DNA of 63,804 nucleotides, counting the filler, from Octopus bimaculoides (Eukaryota), in the NCBI RefSeq assembly GCF_001194135.2. It is 8 parts of 7 records of this genome, joined end to end, with 100 filler letters (N's around TTAATTAATTAA, not from the genome) between each part and the next. Parts side by side here need not be neighbours in the genome. Positions count along the whole stretch, not along the records: positions 1 to 28,482 come from NC_068981.1; 7 more parts are not named here. The stretch is one strand, 5' to 3'. Every line of letters begins with the position of its first letter. The stretch's first letter is position 1. The notes below the pieces were generated by a model that ran no database searches, was not told where the DNA came from, and saw only the letters and a program-made list of their open reading frames with translations. Below, one piece after another: positions 13,563-27,691 of the stretch. The position numbers and the translations under genes are program-made.

Positions 13563-15863
13563 GTAAGTTCATACAACTGATATTATTTAAATAAACATTT
13601 TTCAAATTGGGTCTATGTAAATAATATGTCTGCTGCATTGCTTAAATGTTTTTTGCATGAAATCTTTTGGATTTTTGCCGATTTGTGTAATCATAAAACA
13701 AAATGATAATTCGTACTTTAGAATGTTTGTTCTTACCCTCATGTAGCTGCGGTCTATAATGTGGTGCTGCAGTTTATTACTTAATCTAACATATGGGTCA
13801 CTGCCAGACACTGTTACAGCCGCTGACCTTAGGAATATCGTCACATAAACGGCACGGTGCGGGTAGGTTGGACATGTGGAGGTAATAATTTACAACCTGT
13901 GGGTAGATGCCGTCTGTATAGCTATGTAGATTCTGATAATACCGAAGATCACGAATGTATTCCTCTATTTTTACCACCTATGAGAGCAGATTGGAATGCA
14001 TCACACTGTTGACAGGGTAGATAGCCCGTTTGTTATACGAGTTTTACACGAATGGAATACTTTGTGGCCAGAGGAAAAAAAAAACTGGGAAACAGAAGGA
14101 AGCAGGCTAAGTCGAGACAGCAGTAACAAAAGCTGCTCCCAGATATTGAAAAATGGCTTCATGTTTGGCATTTAGGGTGATGTAGTTTTAGCGGATAACT
14201 AAATATAGAAACCTATTCTACCTAAATTCTTATAACATTTATTTTTTCTTTATATTATTTCATTACTAAATTAATTTCAACATATTGTTACACCTTATTA
14301 AATGAAACACAATACTTTTTGTAACTCCTGTTTTTTATGTAAAGATTTTACTTAATCATTAAGCAATCTTATTTCATTCCGCTCGTGGGGTCCAAAGAAC
14401 CGAAATATGTCCCTAGCTCTCCTTTGCATCCGAAGATCAAACTTTCTTTTTTCTTATGCAAATAAACTTTGGGAAACTATTTATAATTTGTTTTAAAGTT
14501 ATCTCCCCTTCTCATGGGAGTCGCTAACAGTTACCAATAGGACTTTGTTTATTTTCTCTAATAAAGAGGGAAAATTCAATTGATTTAAGGAATTTTTTGA
14601 GTACGGCTCTCTTTCAGAGTATTGGTTTAACCTATTTATAAAAACTTAATTATCAGTTTTATCATTGTTCTATATCGTTCTTGTTTTTTTGCAATCATCA
14701 CCGACGCCACTGCCGCCCTAACTCCCTCATCGTCATCTTCTTCTTCTTCTTCTTCTTCTTCTTCTTCTTCTTCTTCTTCTTCTTCTTCTTCTTCTTCTTC
14801 TTCTTCTTCTTCTTCTTCTTCNNNNNNNNNNNNNNNNNNNNNNNNNNNNNNNNNNNNNNNNNNNNNNNNNNNNNNNNNNNNNNNNNNNNNNNNNNNNNNN
14901 NNNNNNNNNNNNNNNNNNNNNNNNNNNNNNNNNNNNNNNNNNNNNNNNNNNNNNNNNNNNNNNNNNNNNNNNNNNNNNNNNNNNNNNNNNNNNNNNNNNN
15001 NNNNNNNNNNNNNNNNNNNNNNNNNNNNNNNNNNNNNNNNNNNNNNNNNNNNNNNNNNNNNNNNNNNNNNNNNNNNNNNNNNNNNNNNNNNNNNNNNNNN
15101 NNNNNNNNNNNNNNNNNNNNNNNNNNNNNNNNNNNNNNNNNNNNNNNNNNNNNNNNNNNNNNTATATATATATATATATATGTTTATGTGCGCGCCTGTG
15201 CGTGTGTGCGCGCGCGTGCGTCAGTGCGTGTAGCAGTGTGTGTTGAAAACGGCTGTCGAATAGAAAATAACATGTCTTTTTACTTATGGATCCATAAGAG
15301 AATCCTTTCATAGGGCTTTAATAGGCTGTCGTGCGCTGATAAAATTCTTGTGATAGCGAAAAATTCTAAGCGTGGAATCCTTATCATTTCTTCAAGTCGA
15401 CAAACATAAACCATATTTAATGCGTCGTTAAGCGACTAAGGTCTATAGATTCTCCTTCAAACTTGTTAGCTTTAGCGTTTCGCATTTCTATCATGTCCTG
15501 CTTCCATAAACAATATAGCTATCTATCTACCTATCTATCTGTCTATCGCTATATATTTTCGCCCAATCAATGTCTTTCTCTGGGTATGTGTGTACATAAT
15601 ATATATATATATATATATATACTATCACACTTTATTTCGCTGTATATATTTCTTCGTGTTTTTCCTTTCTTGGCTACTTCTCCCCTCCCCACTACACAAC
15701 TCGTTTTCCTCCTAACGCACTTAACTGCCAAAAGTTGCCATTTTTCCATTCCAATATGCTTGTCTTTATTGGCGTTTATATACCGCTATTTAACGATACC
15801 ATTATATAGATTCATGCACACGTGCACACCGCAAACACACACACACACACACACACATACACA

Positions 15864-15894
<31 letters not shown>

Positions 15895-16251
15895 GCATAC
15901 GTACGAAACATACGCACGCATGCACGCACAGTCTACACGCACATGCATATTCATTCACGCGCGCACGTAATACACATATGTGCGTGTGTGAATATACGTG
16001 TACGTATCTTTCTATGTATGCATTTGCGGACAGGTATGCAAGCCTGTAGTCACATATGAGTTTGCAAGGTTTAAAATCGTGGATGAATATATGTATATAT
16101 CTAACAATAAATCTATATATATGCATATATATATATATATATATANNNNNNNNNNNNNNNNNNNNNNNNNNNNNNNNNNNNNNNNNNNNNNNNNNNNNNN
16201 NNNNNNNNNNNNNNNNNNNNNNNNNNNNNNNNNNNNNNNNNNNNNNNNNNN

Positions 16252-16289
<38 letters not shown>

Positions 16290-16639
16290 CATATACATAT
16301 ACATATTATGATATATTATAGCATAGTACATTACGCCATATTACGTATTCATTTCCGCCTGCCTTCACTATCTGGTTAAAAGTTTATATATTTTGTATCA
16401 TTGAAATGTTTTACTCAACATTTTAATTCATCCTTTTCAAAGTCTACCACGTACTGTTTACATTCATTTTCTTACTTCGTCTTTCTTCTATCGATTAATC
16501 TTTCCTTATTGTTTCTCACTCCATTCTTCATATTATGCGTGTATGTATATGCATACATTTCTGTGCATACATACATATACAGACAACACAACCACTCATA
16601 TACATATATACGTATGTATACATCTGTGTGTACGCAGAA

Positions 16640-16671
<32 letters not shown>

Positions 16672-17139
16672 TATATGCATACGGTTATGTTCAAATGCCT
16701 ATGTGCGTGCTTGTATCTTTAGGTGTGTTTAACGTGGTCCGAAACAAATTCATATTTTGTGACCCTGGACAAGGACATATTTGCCTATAAGTTTATGTTT
16801 GTGCGTCGAAAATAGCCTAGCAACTCACAAAATAAAATGACAAGAGATGTAGAAACGCGTGTAGTATGAACTGTGTTGCAATGCTATGCAAGTAGACGAT
16901 TTTGAGAAATAATAGTGAAAGAACGAGCAGGCGTGAGATAGTTAGATATTGATGAATATATGTATATTAAATAGTTGAAATAATCTATTAGAATTAGTGG
17001 TTTTTGATACTTGCGTATGTGCAGCAGACTAAAATTTTCTGAAATAAAGTAATCGGTTTGTTTCGTCATTTGTTTTTTATTCACAAAGTATATAATTGTA
17101 GTGTAATATTTCACGTTTTATTATTTTTTCTGTCTACAG

Positions 17140-17516
17140 GTATGGCGGATTAGATTTGAATGCTCGGCGGAAGAACGCCACTCGAGAGACGACAAATACT
17201 TTAAAAGCATGGCTTTACGAACATCGCAAAAATCCATATCCAACCAAAGGAGAGAAGATCATGTTAGCTATAATCACTAAAATGACACTGACACAGGTTT
17301 CCACGTGGTTTGCAAATGCACGGCGGCGTCTGAAAAAAGAAAATAAAATGACATGGTCGCCACGCAATAGGTCTGAAGATAGTACTGATAACTTAGATAG
17401 TGAGGGAGAAACAGAAAACAAAGAATCAGAAAATGGAGACGCATCAGTAACGGCAACGACTGCAGGAGTTGAGAAAGAAGACCATGGAGATGATAATCCA
17501 CGGGTGCACAGCCCAG
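17140..17516 (+). CDS. Irx: Irx homeodomain exon (TALE class: [64 protein letters not shown], then acidic tract)
   Basis: PYP loop and [13 protein letters not shown] are diagnostic of Iroquois. Acceptor tctacAG, donor CCAG|GTGAGG (phase 1). Confidence 0.98.
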
Positions 17517-18605
17517 GTGAGGAGAAATTTTTCAATTGATAATACACTATAGAGAATTACAAAGCATACATACATACATACATACATACATACATACATG
17601 CATAATGGTTGTCTACACCTTATACAGAGTTTGATCACCTCCTGTACCTACACCTTAAATCTATATTGGCGTCTGATGTGACTTTTTATACCAGAAAATG
17701 TTTTGAAAAGACCCCCTCATACATTGCATATATGGTTGGACCACCAAGAGCTACAGTTAAGTTTTGAGCTTCGTGGATCTCAAAATATCTCTTGAGGCCT
17801 TCGTTAGGTTTGCAGACCTTAAGGCATACATACACACACACATACATACATACATACATACATACATACATACATACATACATACATACTGTTCCTTTGC
17901 ACAATTCTATTCTTAAACGCAACAATAATAGCCACTCGTCTAATACGACCGTATATTGGATAGGATACCGAAAATTTGACGAAACCTATTAAATTTGCTT
18001 TTTCCAGGAAATACTCGTTTCCCCACAAAACAGTAAGGATTTGTCTTACGCGCGAGTCCATCTTATACACCAGAAAATACAGTATGTAATCACAATAAAA
18101 TACACCCGTACACACGTATACTAGCTTATATGTACCTTCCATTCGAAAACCGATGAAGAGGTGAATACAACTGTTGCTATTTGATGAATCGTTAGAACAT
18201 CAGTATAAATGGCATCTAATATTTTATAGAACATTACACATACGACATTCAAATCCCGCTGGGATCAAATTTACCTTCATTCCTTCAGTGTAGAAAAATA
18301 CTGTGGATGATGGTATTCACTTCTAAACTTGGTTTAAACCCGCTGGATTTGTTTTTGAATTAGAAAGAAACAAATTCTCATTTTCCTGTCGCAATGCTTA
18401 TTTTGCTGCATTGATAAAACAGTTTTGTACTTCGAAACATATCACGAATTCATTTATGAATTATAATATCTTGGAAACACATACACGGATACACATACAC
18501 GCATACACACGCACAGCACCCACACACAAGTAGGGATAGACAAATAGATTTGTATGTATGCAAAAATAAATAATTATATTCATGTGGAGTGGGTGCTTGC
18601 CAGTG

Positions 18606-18810
18606 CGTAGAGGCGCTTCAATTAGTGGTCAGGATTTTGCACTCATGATCATACGACTGTGGTTTCGATTCCAGGATCGGACAATGCGTTGTGTTCTTGA
18701 GCAAGACACTTCATTTCAGCTGGCAAGAATGAGTAATCTTACCATGGAACAGAATTTGATCAAGTGGGGGAAATGTATGGCACAGATTCCGGGAGACCGG
18801 CCTTATTAGC
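18606..18810 (+). mobile_element. SINE family C in the Irx intron between the homeodomain and last exons
   Basis: tRNA-like head followed by gcgttgtgttcttgagcaagacactt, shared with 25997, 34855 and 46150. Confidence 0.75.
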
Positions 18811-19827
18811 CTATCGCTAGTGTAGGTTCTTTGATCTGTGCGTGTATGTGTACCCGTTTGTGTGCGCGCGCAGGGGTAGGGGTGATGGTGTGCACGTGCG
18901 TGTGATGCGTACACGCTTGTGTGCGTTATGTGTTAAATAGTTCAAAATCATGATTTAGAGGAGAGAAAATGCTTCTCGTTATCTTGCAGTAAATAAAGCG
19001 AACACATACTTGCAAAGAAATCTATCTATCTATCTGTCTATCTATCTCTCTGTTTGTCTGTCTGTCTATCTATCTAGGTAGGTAGCTAGCTAGCTATCTA
19101 GCTAACTATGTGAGTATACATATGTACATATTATAAAAGTATACACACATGCACATACACATATATATATATATTCCAATGCGCATACATGCTTACACGC
19201 ACATGCACACGCGCGTACACACATACAAATACACACATACAAATACACACACTTCCCGTACATATATTGAGTTTGTATTTGTTTCGTAAGAATTTTGAAA
19301 CTGTCTATGAAGCCAGAACCGGAAGCCAAAGCGCTTTATTATCGAAACCTACGATCACTAAGACTGGTTGTTGTTTGTCTCTGTTGGGAAAAGAAAGAAA
19401 ATATAGCAACAACAACTGGTAAAGAGTTGTTTATAGGTTTTAATATTATATGACCCTTCTGAAACATAGCAATATTTATTTATGCATTTGTGTGTATCTA
19501 TTTCCATATAATAGTTAAAAAATAAGAATGGTGCGTAGCATTACATTAAATAATAATTTTAAGAGAAACACAACAAAGGAACAAACGGAAAATTCACACA
19601 CAAGACGGCACATTGCTCATTTCTCCTTCTGGACGATTATTTACGAGGGATGAGCAACGTTCCGTTTTGTGTGTGAATTTTCCGTTTGTTCTTCTGCTAT
19701 ATTTCTGTTTAAATTTTGGAAATTATTGTGTTTACATATATGTTTATGTGAACATATGGTTGTGTTGTCTATTTGTCCCTGTTCCTTCGCACAATTCTAT
19801 TGATTGCGTTCTATTTCCTTATTGCAG

Positions 19828-20810
19828 GTCATACTGTTGATAACGGCGAAAGACCTCACCGAAAAGTATTGGATGATTCCGATGCAGATTCTGATTTAGA
19901 AGACCCATCAGTGCTGAAAGATGAACTAGTTACATCATCCACTAAAGACCGACGCCCCTTAGGTTTGGGTCACGCGAGCAAAGCTCTTCTTACCATGGAT
20001 GGTAATATATCAATAATGGCCGCGCACTCACCGGCTATCGACGTTTTATCGGACTCTAATCGAGAAGGTGACCTAATAAAAGAGGGCCATTCCATGACAT
20101 CGTCGAACAGTCACGTACATAGCAATGTAAATGGCAACAGCAGTAGCAGCAGCAGCACTAGCGGCGGCAGTAGCAATAACAATAATAGTAGCAATACCAG
20201 CGGACGTATTTCAACTCTCAAGAACAACAACAACAACAACAGCAACAACAATAACAACAGCAGCAGCAGCAACAGCAACAGAACTACTAACAATCAGCTT
20301 AATTCACAATCTCGCAATGACATGGACAGTTCATCACCTGTACGACCGAAAATCTGGTCGGTCTCGCAATTTCTCGTGAACTCTCCATCTAGCAGCAGCG
20401 AAAGTAATAGCAGTAGTAGTAGTCCAGTTGGTGGCGCCAGCGGTGGAGTTCCGGTGGGCAAAACCGTGCCAGTTTTCACATCGGGTAACAGATTGCACCC
20501 GAGTCCGGGTTATCTTTATCTACAATCAGCTAGTCAAACATGGAATGGGGGACGTTACGGGGCTCTTAGCGCATATCCTATTTCTATGTCTCACACAACT
20601 CTCTCATATCCTTATAGTCTATCAACACATACCTCTTCAAAGACTGCACTTGGTGTAGCTGCTACGGCGGTGCACAGTGCAGCAAGTGTCGAACTTTTAC
20701 ACAATGCCGAAAAACTGGCTAGCTCACAAAAAGGATTGTTTTCACCAGCCAGAGATATAGATGGCATGAGGAACAGACTATTCCCCAAAGAAGCTTCAAA
20801 ATATTTCTGA
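19828..20810 (+). CDS. Irx: Irx last coding exon with acidic region, Ser/Asn tracts and IRO box-like RPKIWSVSQFL (20343-20375)
   Basis: Acceptor attgcAG and phase 1 matches the upstream donor (G|GT CAT). The 983-nt frame is open to TGA at 20808-20810 and carries the PKIWS motif. Confidence 0.93.
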
Positions 20811-20954
20811 AACGATGTTGTTATATAGGTCTAAGTGTAAACGAGTAAAATAATTCGCGACACAACAGTCTACAACTGACAATAATCATTTGACAGCATT
20901 CGAACATACACACACACACAAACACAACAAAATTCTAACGATAATGAAAGGTTT

Positions 20955-20990
<36 letters not shown>

Positions 20991-21691
20991 NNNNNNNNNN
21001 NNNNNNNNNNNNNNNNNNNNNNNNNNNNNNNNNNNNNNNNNNNNNNNNNNNNNNNNNNNNNNNNNNNNNNNNNNNNNNNNNNNNNNNNNNNNNNNNNNNN
21101 NNNNNNNNNNNNNNNNNNNNNNNNNNNNNNNNNNNNNNNNNNNNNNNNNNNNNNNNNNNNNNNNNNNNNNNNNNNNNNNNNNNNNNNNNNNNNNNNNNNN
21201 NNNNNNNNNNNNNNNNNNNNNNNNNNNNNNNNNNNNNNNNNNNNNNNNNNNNNNNNNNNNNNNNNNNNNNNNNNNNNNNNNNNNNNNNNNNNNNNNNNNN
21301 NNNNNNNNNNNNNNNNNNNNNNNNNNNNNNNNNNNNNNNNNNNNNNNNNNNNNNNNNNNNNNNNNNNNNNNNNNNNNNNNNNNNNNNNNNNNNNNNNNNN
21401 NNNNNNNNNNNNNNNNNNNNNNNNNNNNNNNNNNNNNNNNNNNNNNNNNNNNNNNNNNNNNNNNNNNNNNNNNNNNNNNNNNNNNNNNNNNNNNNNNNNN
21501 NNNNNNNNNNNNNNNNNNNNNNNNNNNNNNNNNNNNNNNNNNNNNNNNNNNNNNNNNNNNNNNNNNNNNNNNNNNNNNNNNNNNNNTACTATAAACATTC
21601 ATAATAATATCAATAATGAAATAGTAATCGTTTCTTTATTTGCCACTCGGGCAACGGATCAGAGGACATTACGAGAAAAAAATTCAATAAC

Positions 21692-21737
<46 letters not shown>

Positions 21738-21740
21738 TTG

Positions 21741-21805
<65 letters not shown>

Positions 21806-22915
21806 AACAACACACGAATCAGAAGCAGAATGACAAAATTCTTTCTTTCTGATGATATTTCAATCTAGACTGATAACATATTGAGTAAGTTTGAGGTGAG
21901 AATAAAGAAAAGGTAGAGTAAACGACAAACCGACAGAGATTATTGAGACTTTTTGAAACGTTGCAAAAAGATAAGACATGTTTCATGATATTCTTTTGTT
22001 CCATTTTTATGTTTTATCTTCATTATTTTGAAAAAAAGACAATAATAATAATGAATGAATTATGTTCGTTTTTTTTTTTTCTTTGGAAACCGAACAAATA
22101 AAAGACAGAATAAACTTTAAAACAGAACAAAATGAGAAACTGTTACGAGCACACATACGCACGCACTTCCGTGCATTTGTTGCAAGAAATACGAACAAAA
22201 AGAATCATAACAAAGTTTTTAAAAATTCACTAAACTTTATTAAAAACAAAGGAGCATATATTGCATAGCCACACTCAACCGTCACCACACATACACACAC
22301 ATGCAAAAACAAGGCAACATCATACAAAATATTACAGGAACCAACACTCCCACCCTAACGAACATGAAATGCTGTAATTGTACAATTAAACAATTAAAAC
22401 AATTAATTAAGTACCGCTAATATGTGCAAAAAAAAAATGAACAGTTGTACGTGTGTGCAATTCGCGAAACAAAAACGAAAACAACACAGTAAAGAAAACA
22501 AAAAAAATTGTACATACGTACATATATGTCTAATATTGTAAACAATAACTTGAAACAGAGCCGTGATATGTGAGAGAACGACGACGAGAGGTTATATGAC
22601 ATAGATTCTCCAAGAGTGTAAAAAATAAGAAATATAAATGAAAAAAATATAAATACATAGAAAAGAAAATAACCAAAAAGAAATCGGTCGAAATAACCGA
22701 AAAAATTATATACAATATAAAAATGCGCAAAAAAAAAACGACGATCACAAAACAAAAACAACAAAAAGACTATAAATGAAAAGAGAGAAAGAGAGAGTGA
22801 GAATACAGATAAAACCAAAAAAAAAAAAAAGTTAACTTATAGATGGTGGAAGTCATCTGTGTATGTATGAAACTTCCAAGGGAAAAGCTGGATGATTTCC
22901 CTTTATAATTATTAA

Positions 22916-22980
22916 AATAAAAGATGCGATTTATAACAAAAAATATATATGTGATGTCGTCTGTTGTTTCTTATGATTTT
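22916..22980 (+). terminator. Candidate Irx polyadenylation signal (AATAAA 22916-22921) with GT/T-rich downstream element
   Basis: AATAAA followed about 30 nt later by gtgatgtcgtctgttgtttcttatgattttt. Would imply a 3' UTR of about 2.1 kb; no transcript evidence. Confidence 0.35.
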
Positions 22981-23064
22981 TAGTCTATCATCGAGGATGA
23001 ATTGTATTGTGAGTGTATTTTCGAATGTGCATCTGTATATGCACACACTGTGCCCACTATAGTG

Positions 23065-23124
<60 letters not shown>

Positions 23125-24154
23125 NNNNNNNNNNNNNNNNNNNNNNNNNNNNNNNNNNNNNNNNNNNNNNNNNNNNNNNNNNNNNNNNNNNNNNNNNNNN
23201 NNNNNNNNNNNNNNNNNNNNNNNNNNNNNNNNNNNNNNNNNNNNNNNNNNNNNNNNNNNNNNNNNNNNNNNNNNNNNNNNNNNNNNNNNNNNNNNNNNNN
23301 NNNNNNNNNNNNNNNNNNNNNNNNNNNNNNNNNNNNNNNNNNNNNNNNNNNNNNNNNNNNNNNNNNNNNNNNNNNNNNNNNNNNNNNNNNNNNNNNNNNN
23401 NNNNNNNNNNNNNNNNNNNNNNNNNNNNNNNNNNNNNNNNNNNNNNNNNNNNNNNNNNNNNNNNNNNNNNNNNNNNNNNNNNNNNNNNNNNNNNNNNNNN
23501 NNNNNNNNNNNNNNNNNNNNNNNNNNNNNNNNNNNNNNNNNNNNNNNNNNNNNNNNNNNNNNNNNNNNNNNNNNNNNNNNNNNNNNNNNNNNNNNNNNNN
23601 NNNNNNNNNNNNNNNNNNNNNNNNNNNNNNNNNNNAAATAAACACCATTTAATTTTTACATTAAAGCAAAAAATTTCTTTATCTGGTACTTCGCTAATAA
23701 ATAGATGTTAAAAAAAAAAGGTGATTTTAACTCAAAGCATTCAATTATTAAGCATTCATAATTGGAATGAATAAATAAAATTGAATATTAAGTATTTATG
23801 GGAATTTGATTTACTGTCGAGTGACTTTTAGCCAACCCTGTATATATGTGTGTAATAATAGTAGACTCCTATTAACTGGCTCAAACAGTAGAATTGACCG
23901 ACATATCACGTAGTTAACGAAGCTATCATCAGAACCTTCCAACGATGCCCTGCGTCAGGTTTGTGGAAGGAACTTCGTCATGTGATTTCAATGCATGTTA
24001 CAGATTGGCTCTTATAATTCAGTATTTGCAGCGCTCTGGATGTCACAAGAAAGATTACTGCCGTAATGATTTATGTAAACAGGAAAGTATTTCAAAGTTA
24101 ATAAGTTTTGGAAAGTAAAAATAAAATAGAAAAGCTAGAAACTGATCAAGCATT

Positions 24155-24535
24155 ACTGTAAGCTTGAGAAGTTCGTTTCGCAAGCACTTGGTTTCGGTTT
24201 CTGCCCCACAGCACGGCACCTTGGACATATGTTTCCTTTTATAGCTCTGGGTTGACAAATGAATCGTGAAGGAATTTGGTTGACAGAAACTCGGTGGGAG
24301 GCTGTTGTATATCTATCTATTTATCTATCTATCTGTCTGTCTGTTTATCTATCTATCTGTCGTCTGTATTTTTATGTCTATCAACGCCACCACTTGACAA
24401 CCAGTGTCGGTTTGCTTACGCCCCCATAAAATAGTGGTTCGATAAACGGGAACGAAAAAATAAATATCATACTTATAATACAAGTACTGCGGTGCCCCAG
24501 CATGGCCGCAGACCAATGACTAAAACAAATAAAAA
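24155..24535 (+). mobile_element. Old SINE family A-related copy with internal (CTAT)n
   Basis: Contains ggcaccttgg, ttgacaaccagtg and ccagcatggccgcag...aatgactaaaacaa. Confidence 0.7.
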
Positions 24536-25321
24536 GGGGCAAAAAGCGAAGAGAAAACATGTTGAAAATTAATTATTACTTGTTTTAATAATTATCTATT
24601 TGTACAACAAATTATGAATAACACGTTTCTCAAAACGCTTATGCATTATATATGAATATCTTACAGTAAGTCTTAAATCATACTTTTTCTAAATCCATAG
24701 TGCAACTGGAAGCCACTTTTGCTAAATCAGTGCGCCGCCTTTTATAATTCTTTTCAAAACTAAGGATATATCTAAAAATTCATATATTGATAAATAGAAA
24801 TTCAGAGTAATGATAATGAAGTTTTAGGTAAAAGTTGTGTGGAGTTGAATAAATGTAATATACGTCATATATTTTAAAATTTATATTGAAATATTGTATG
24901 TTACATTAAGTGTACAATTGCTAATCGTAGTTATATATAATTTTATTGACAATGAATTTGAAGTGTGGTCATTTCTAAGACTTCTTACTTTTGTAGTGTG
25001 GTTTTATTTCCGTCAAGATCAATGTTGTCATGTTTATAAAAATAATATTTCTTTTAAATTTCTCTCCACTTTCTCTGTTCCTTTGTTTTTCTTTCTCTCA
25101 ACATAAGTATGTGTGTGTGTGGATATATATATATATATATAAATCTATGTCGAGAGAGAGAGGGAGAGAGAGAAAGAGAGTAGCAAGTGTGCTATGTGGT
25201 TCACGAGATCACCTCGTGACACGTTTCGGGTCATGTCCATTGCGCAGCAAATTGAGCTCTTGGTCTATAGAAGCTTTATATTATTTGTGCGAATGAGAGA
25301 GTGAGAGTGAGAGAGAGAGAG

Positions 25322-25385
<64 letters not shown>

Positions 25386-25482
25386 NNNNNNNNNNNNNNN
25401 NNNNNNNNNNNNNNNNNNNNNNNNNNNNNNNNNNNNNNNNNNNNNNNNNNNNNNNNNNNNNNNNNNNNNNNNNNNNNNNNNN

Positions 25483-25554
<72 letters not shown>

Positions 25555-25996
25555 GTGCCTGCTTGTCTGCCTGCTTTATTTTTTTAATGCTTTCCGTTAT
25601 ACTATCACATTGCGTTTAGCTATTTATATTAATTATTTTGTATACGCATTAGCATTCTGCTAAATCATCCATAGATTTCTGTGATAAATATGTATATGCT
25701 CACTGACAGAATTGCCCGACATCTGCCGAGCGAGCGGTCCTCACTAAGAAACCATACGGAAATAGGTGGAACTAAACATTTAGTCCGAGTGATTCTCGAG
25801 TCGGTTACAACCCCTGTCAGCATGCGTGTATACATTTGCGTGCATCCTACAGCATTCAGAGTATTTTAACTTTTATTTCTAGCAATGTAGGTGTCTTGGC
25901 ATTTTTAGTCACATTTAGTAACGATTGAATTTTTCCTTCATATATATATATGATTACATAATATTATATTATTTTATATTATATCATATATTATAT

Positions 25997-26170
25997 GAGG
26001 GCGCACGGCCTAATGGTTTTGAGATTTTGCACTCTCGATCGCTAGATAGTAATTTCAATTCCTAAACCGGGTAATGCGTTGTGTTCTTGAGCAAAACACT
26101 TCATCTCACTTTGCTCTGCGATCACTTCGACATCTGTCGCGTGGTAGACCGTGCACCTCTTCAGACAACG
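25997..26170 (+). mobile_element. SINE family C
   Basis: gcgcacggcctaatgg head and gcgttgtgttcttgagcaaaacactt. Confidence 0.7.
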
Positions 26171-26218
26171 ACTACTTGAGGGAGTGAGCTAATATGCGGC
26201 ACGAACATTTGATCCCAC

Positions 26219-26602
26219 TTTTACTCTTTTACTTGTTTCAGTCATTTGACTGTGGCTATGCTGGAGCACCGCCTTTAGTCGAGCAAATCGACCCCAGGAC
26301 TTATTCTCTGTAAGCCTAGTACTTATTCTATCGGTCTCTCTTGCCGAACCGCTAAGTTCGGTTGTCAAGCGATGTAGGGGGATGGGGCACAAACACAGTC
26401 ACACAAACACACACATATATATATACATATACATATATACGACGGGCTTCTTTCAGTTTCCGTCTACCAAATCCACTCACAAGGCTTTGGTCGGCCCGAG
26501 TCTATAGTAGATAACACTTGCCCAAGGTGCCATGAAGGGGGAGTGAACACAGAACCATGTGGTTGGTAAGCAAGCGTCTTACCACAGAGCCATTCTTGCG
26601 CC
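26219..26602 (-). mobile_element. Full-length SINE family A
   Basis: Head, CORE-like block, internal TA/CA microsatellite and taaaagag tail are all present. Confidence 0.9.
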
Positions 26603-27640
26603 AATAAACAAATCCTTTGTGCAGGTCGATCGGCAAAAAGCTGAACGCTCATTCATCGTCTTCGAGAGGAGAGTCCATCATATTATATAATATATATATA
26701 TTCGGCTACCTGACCCCGGCAAGCAAAGTTTCCGTAAAAGTCTGTGAAACTTCAAGTTGCATGGAGCCGAATCAACTCTGTTATTTAACAACAACTGCAA
26801 CAACAACCACAACAACAACAACAACAATAATAATATGTGTGTGTATGAATTCATATAAAACAACTCTCAGTATACGCATATGAGACATCTCGCCATCTGT
26901 ATATCATATTAAGTGTGCATAAACCGTTAGAAGGTATGATGCTTTCGAAGTGTCTAAGGTTAAGTCGTTTCATAGACTTTTAGAATTAAAACAAGATGAA
27001 TCGGAAAGAGATGAGCATTGTCACTGCATTTACTCACGACAATGACAAATGTATTTCGTCTTTGCTGAGGCTTGTAAATGTCACGCAATCGATTGTTATT
27101 GTTTAAACAAAACTGGGGCATCAACATATAGGAAACTGTGAATAAAATATCCACTAATTTTGCTGAAGCTTAGTGGCTATAGAAAAAGTCGTTTGGCTTC
27201 GATATTCATTGCTTTTTAACTTACAGGAAAACATTTCATCTCATAAACTGTTACAGTATTATGCCTTCTAAAGTTACACAAATACCTATTTTAATTTAAT
27301 ATCTCAGTTTAGTACATTGAAATTTTCTACAACACGGCAAGCTTCCGCAATGGTGTTTTTCCTGTATATCAAGGCACTTAAATCGTTTTAAAGAACGACG
27401 ATTGCGTGAAGGGAATGAGAAGCCTCAAGAAAGATGAAACGCGACTGTTGCTTCGTAAGTCAATTTCAGTGACGGCAGCTGTCACATCCTGATACATTTT
27501 GTATTTCAGTGCAATTCCGTGAACAGATTTTATCTTAGTCAAATCCGCAGAATCATGCCTTCAAGCGAGGTATATACATTTAGTATGATATACACACACC
27601 GAAGTATATATATCTATGCATATAAACATATATCTATCTA

Positions 27641-27691
<51 letters not shown>

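Noticed and set aside
14378-14420. ggtccaaagaaccgaaatatgtc
   Set aside because: No CUGANGA core and stems are weak.
22455-22516. miR-92-type seed (gtgcaat) and Pumilio element (tgtacata) in the putative 3' UTR
   Set aside because: Single short matches are expected by chance in AT-rich sequence without conservation data.
25205-25250. Minus-strand gacccgaaacgtgtc hammerhead-like half
   Set aside because: The CUGANGA core is unrecognisable (ctgcgca).
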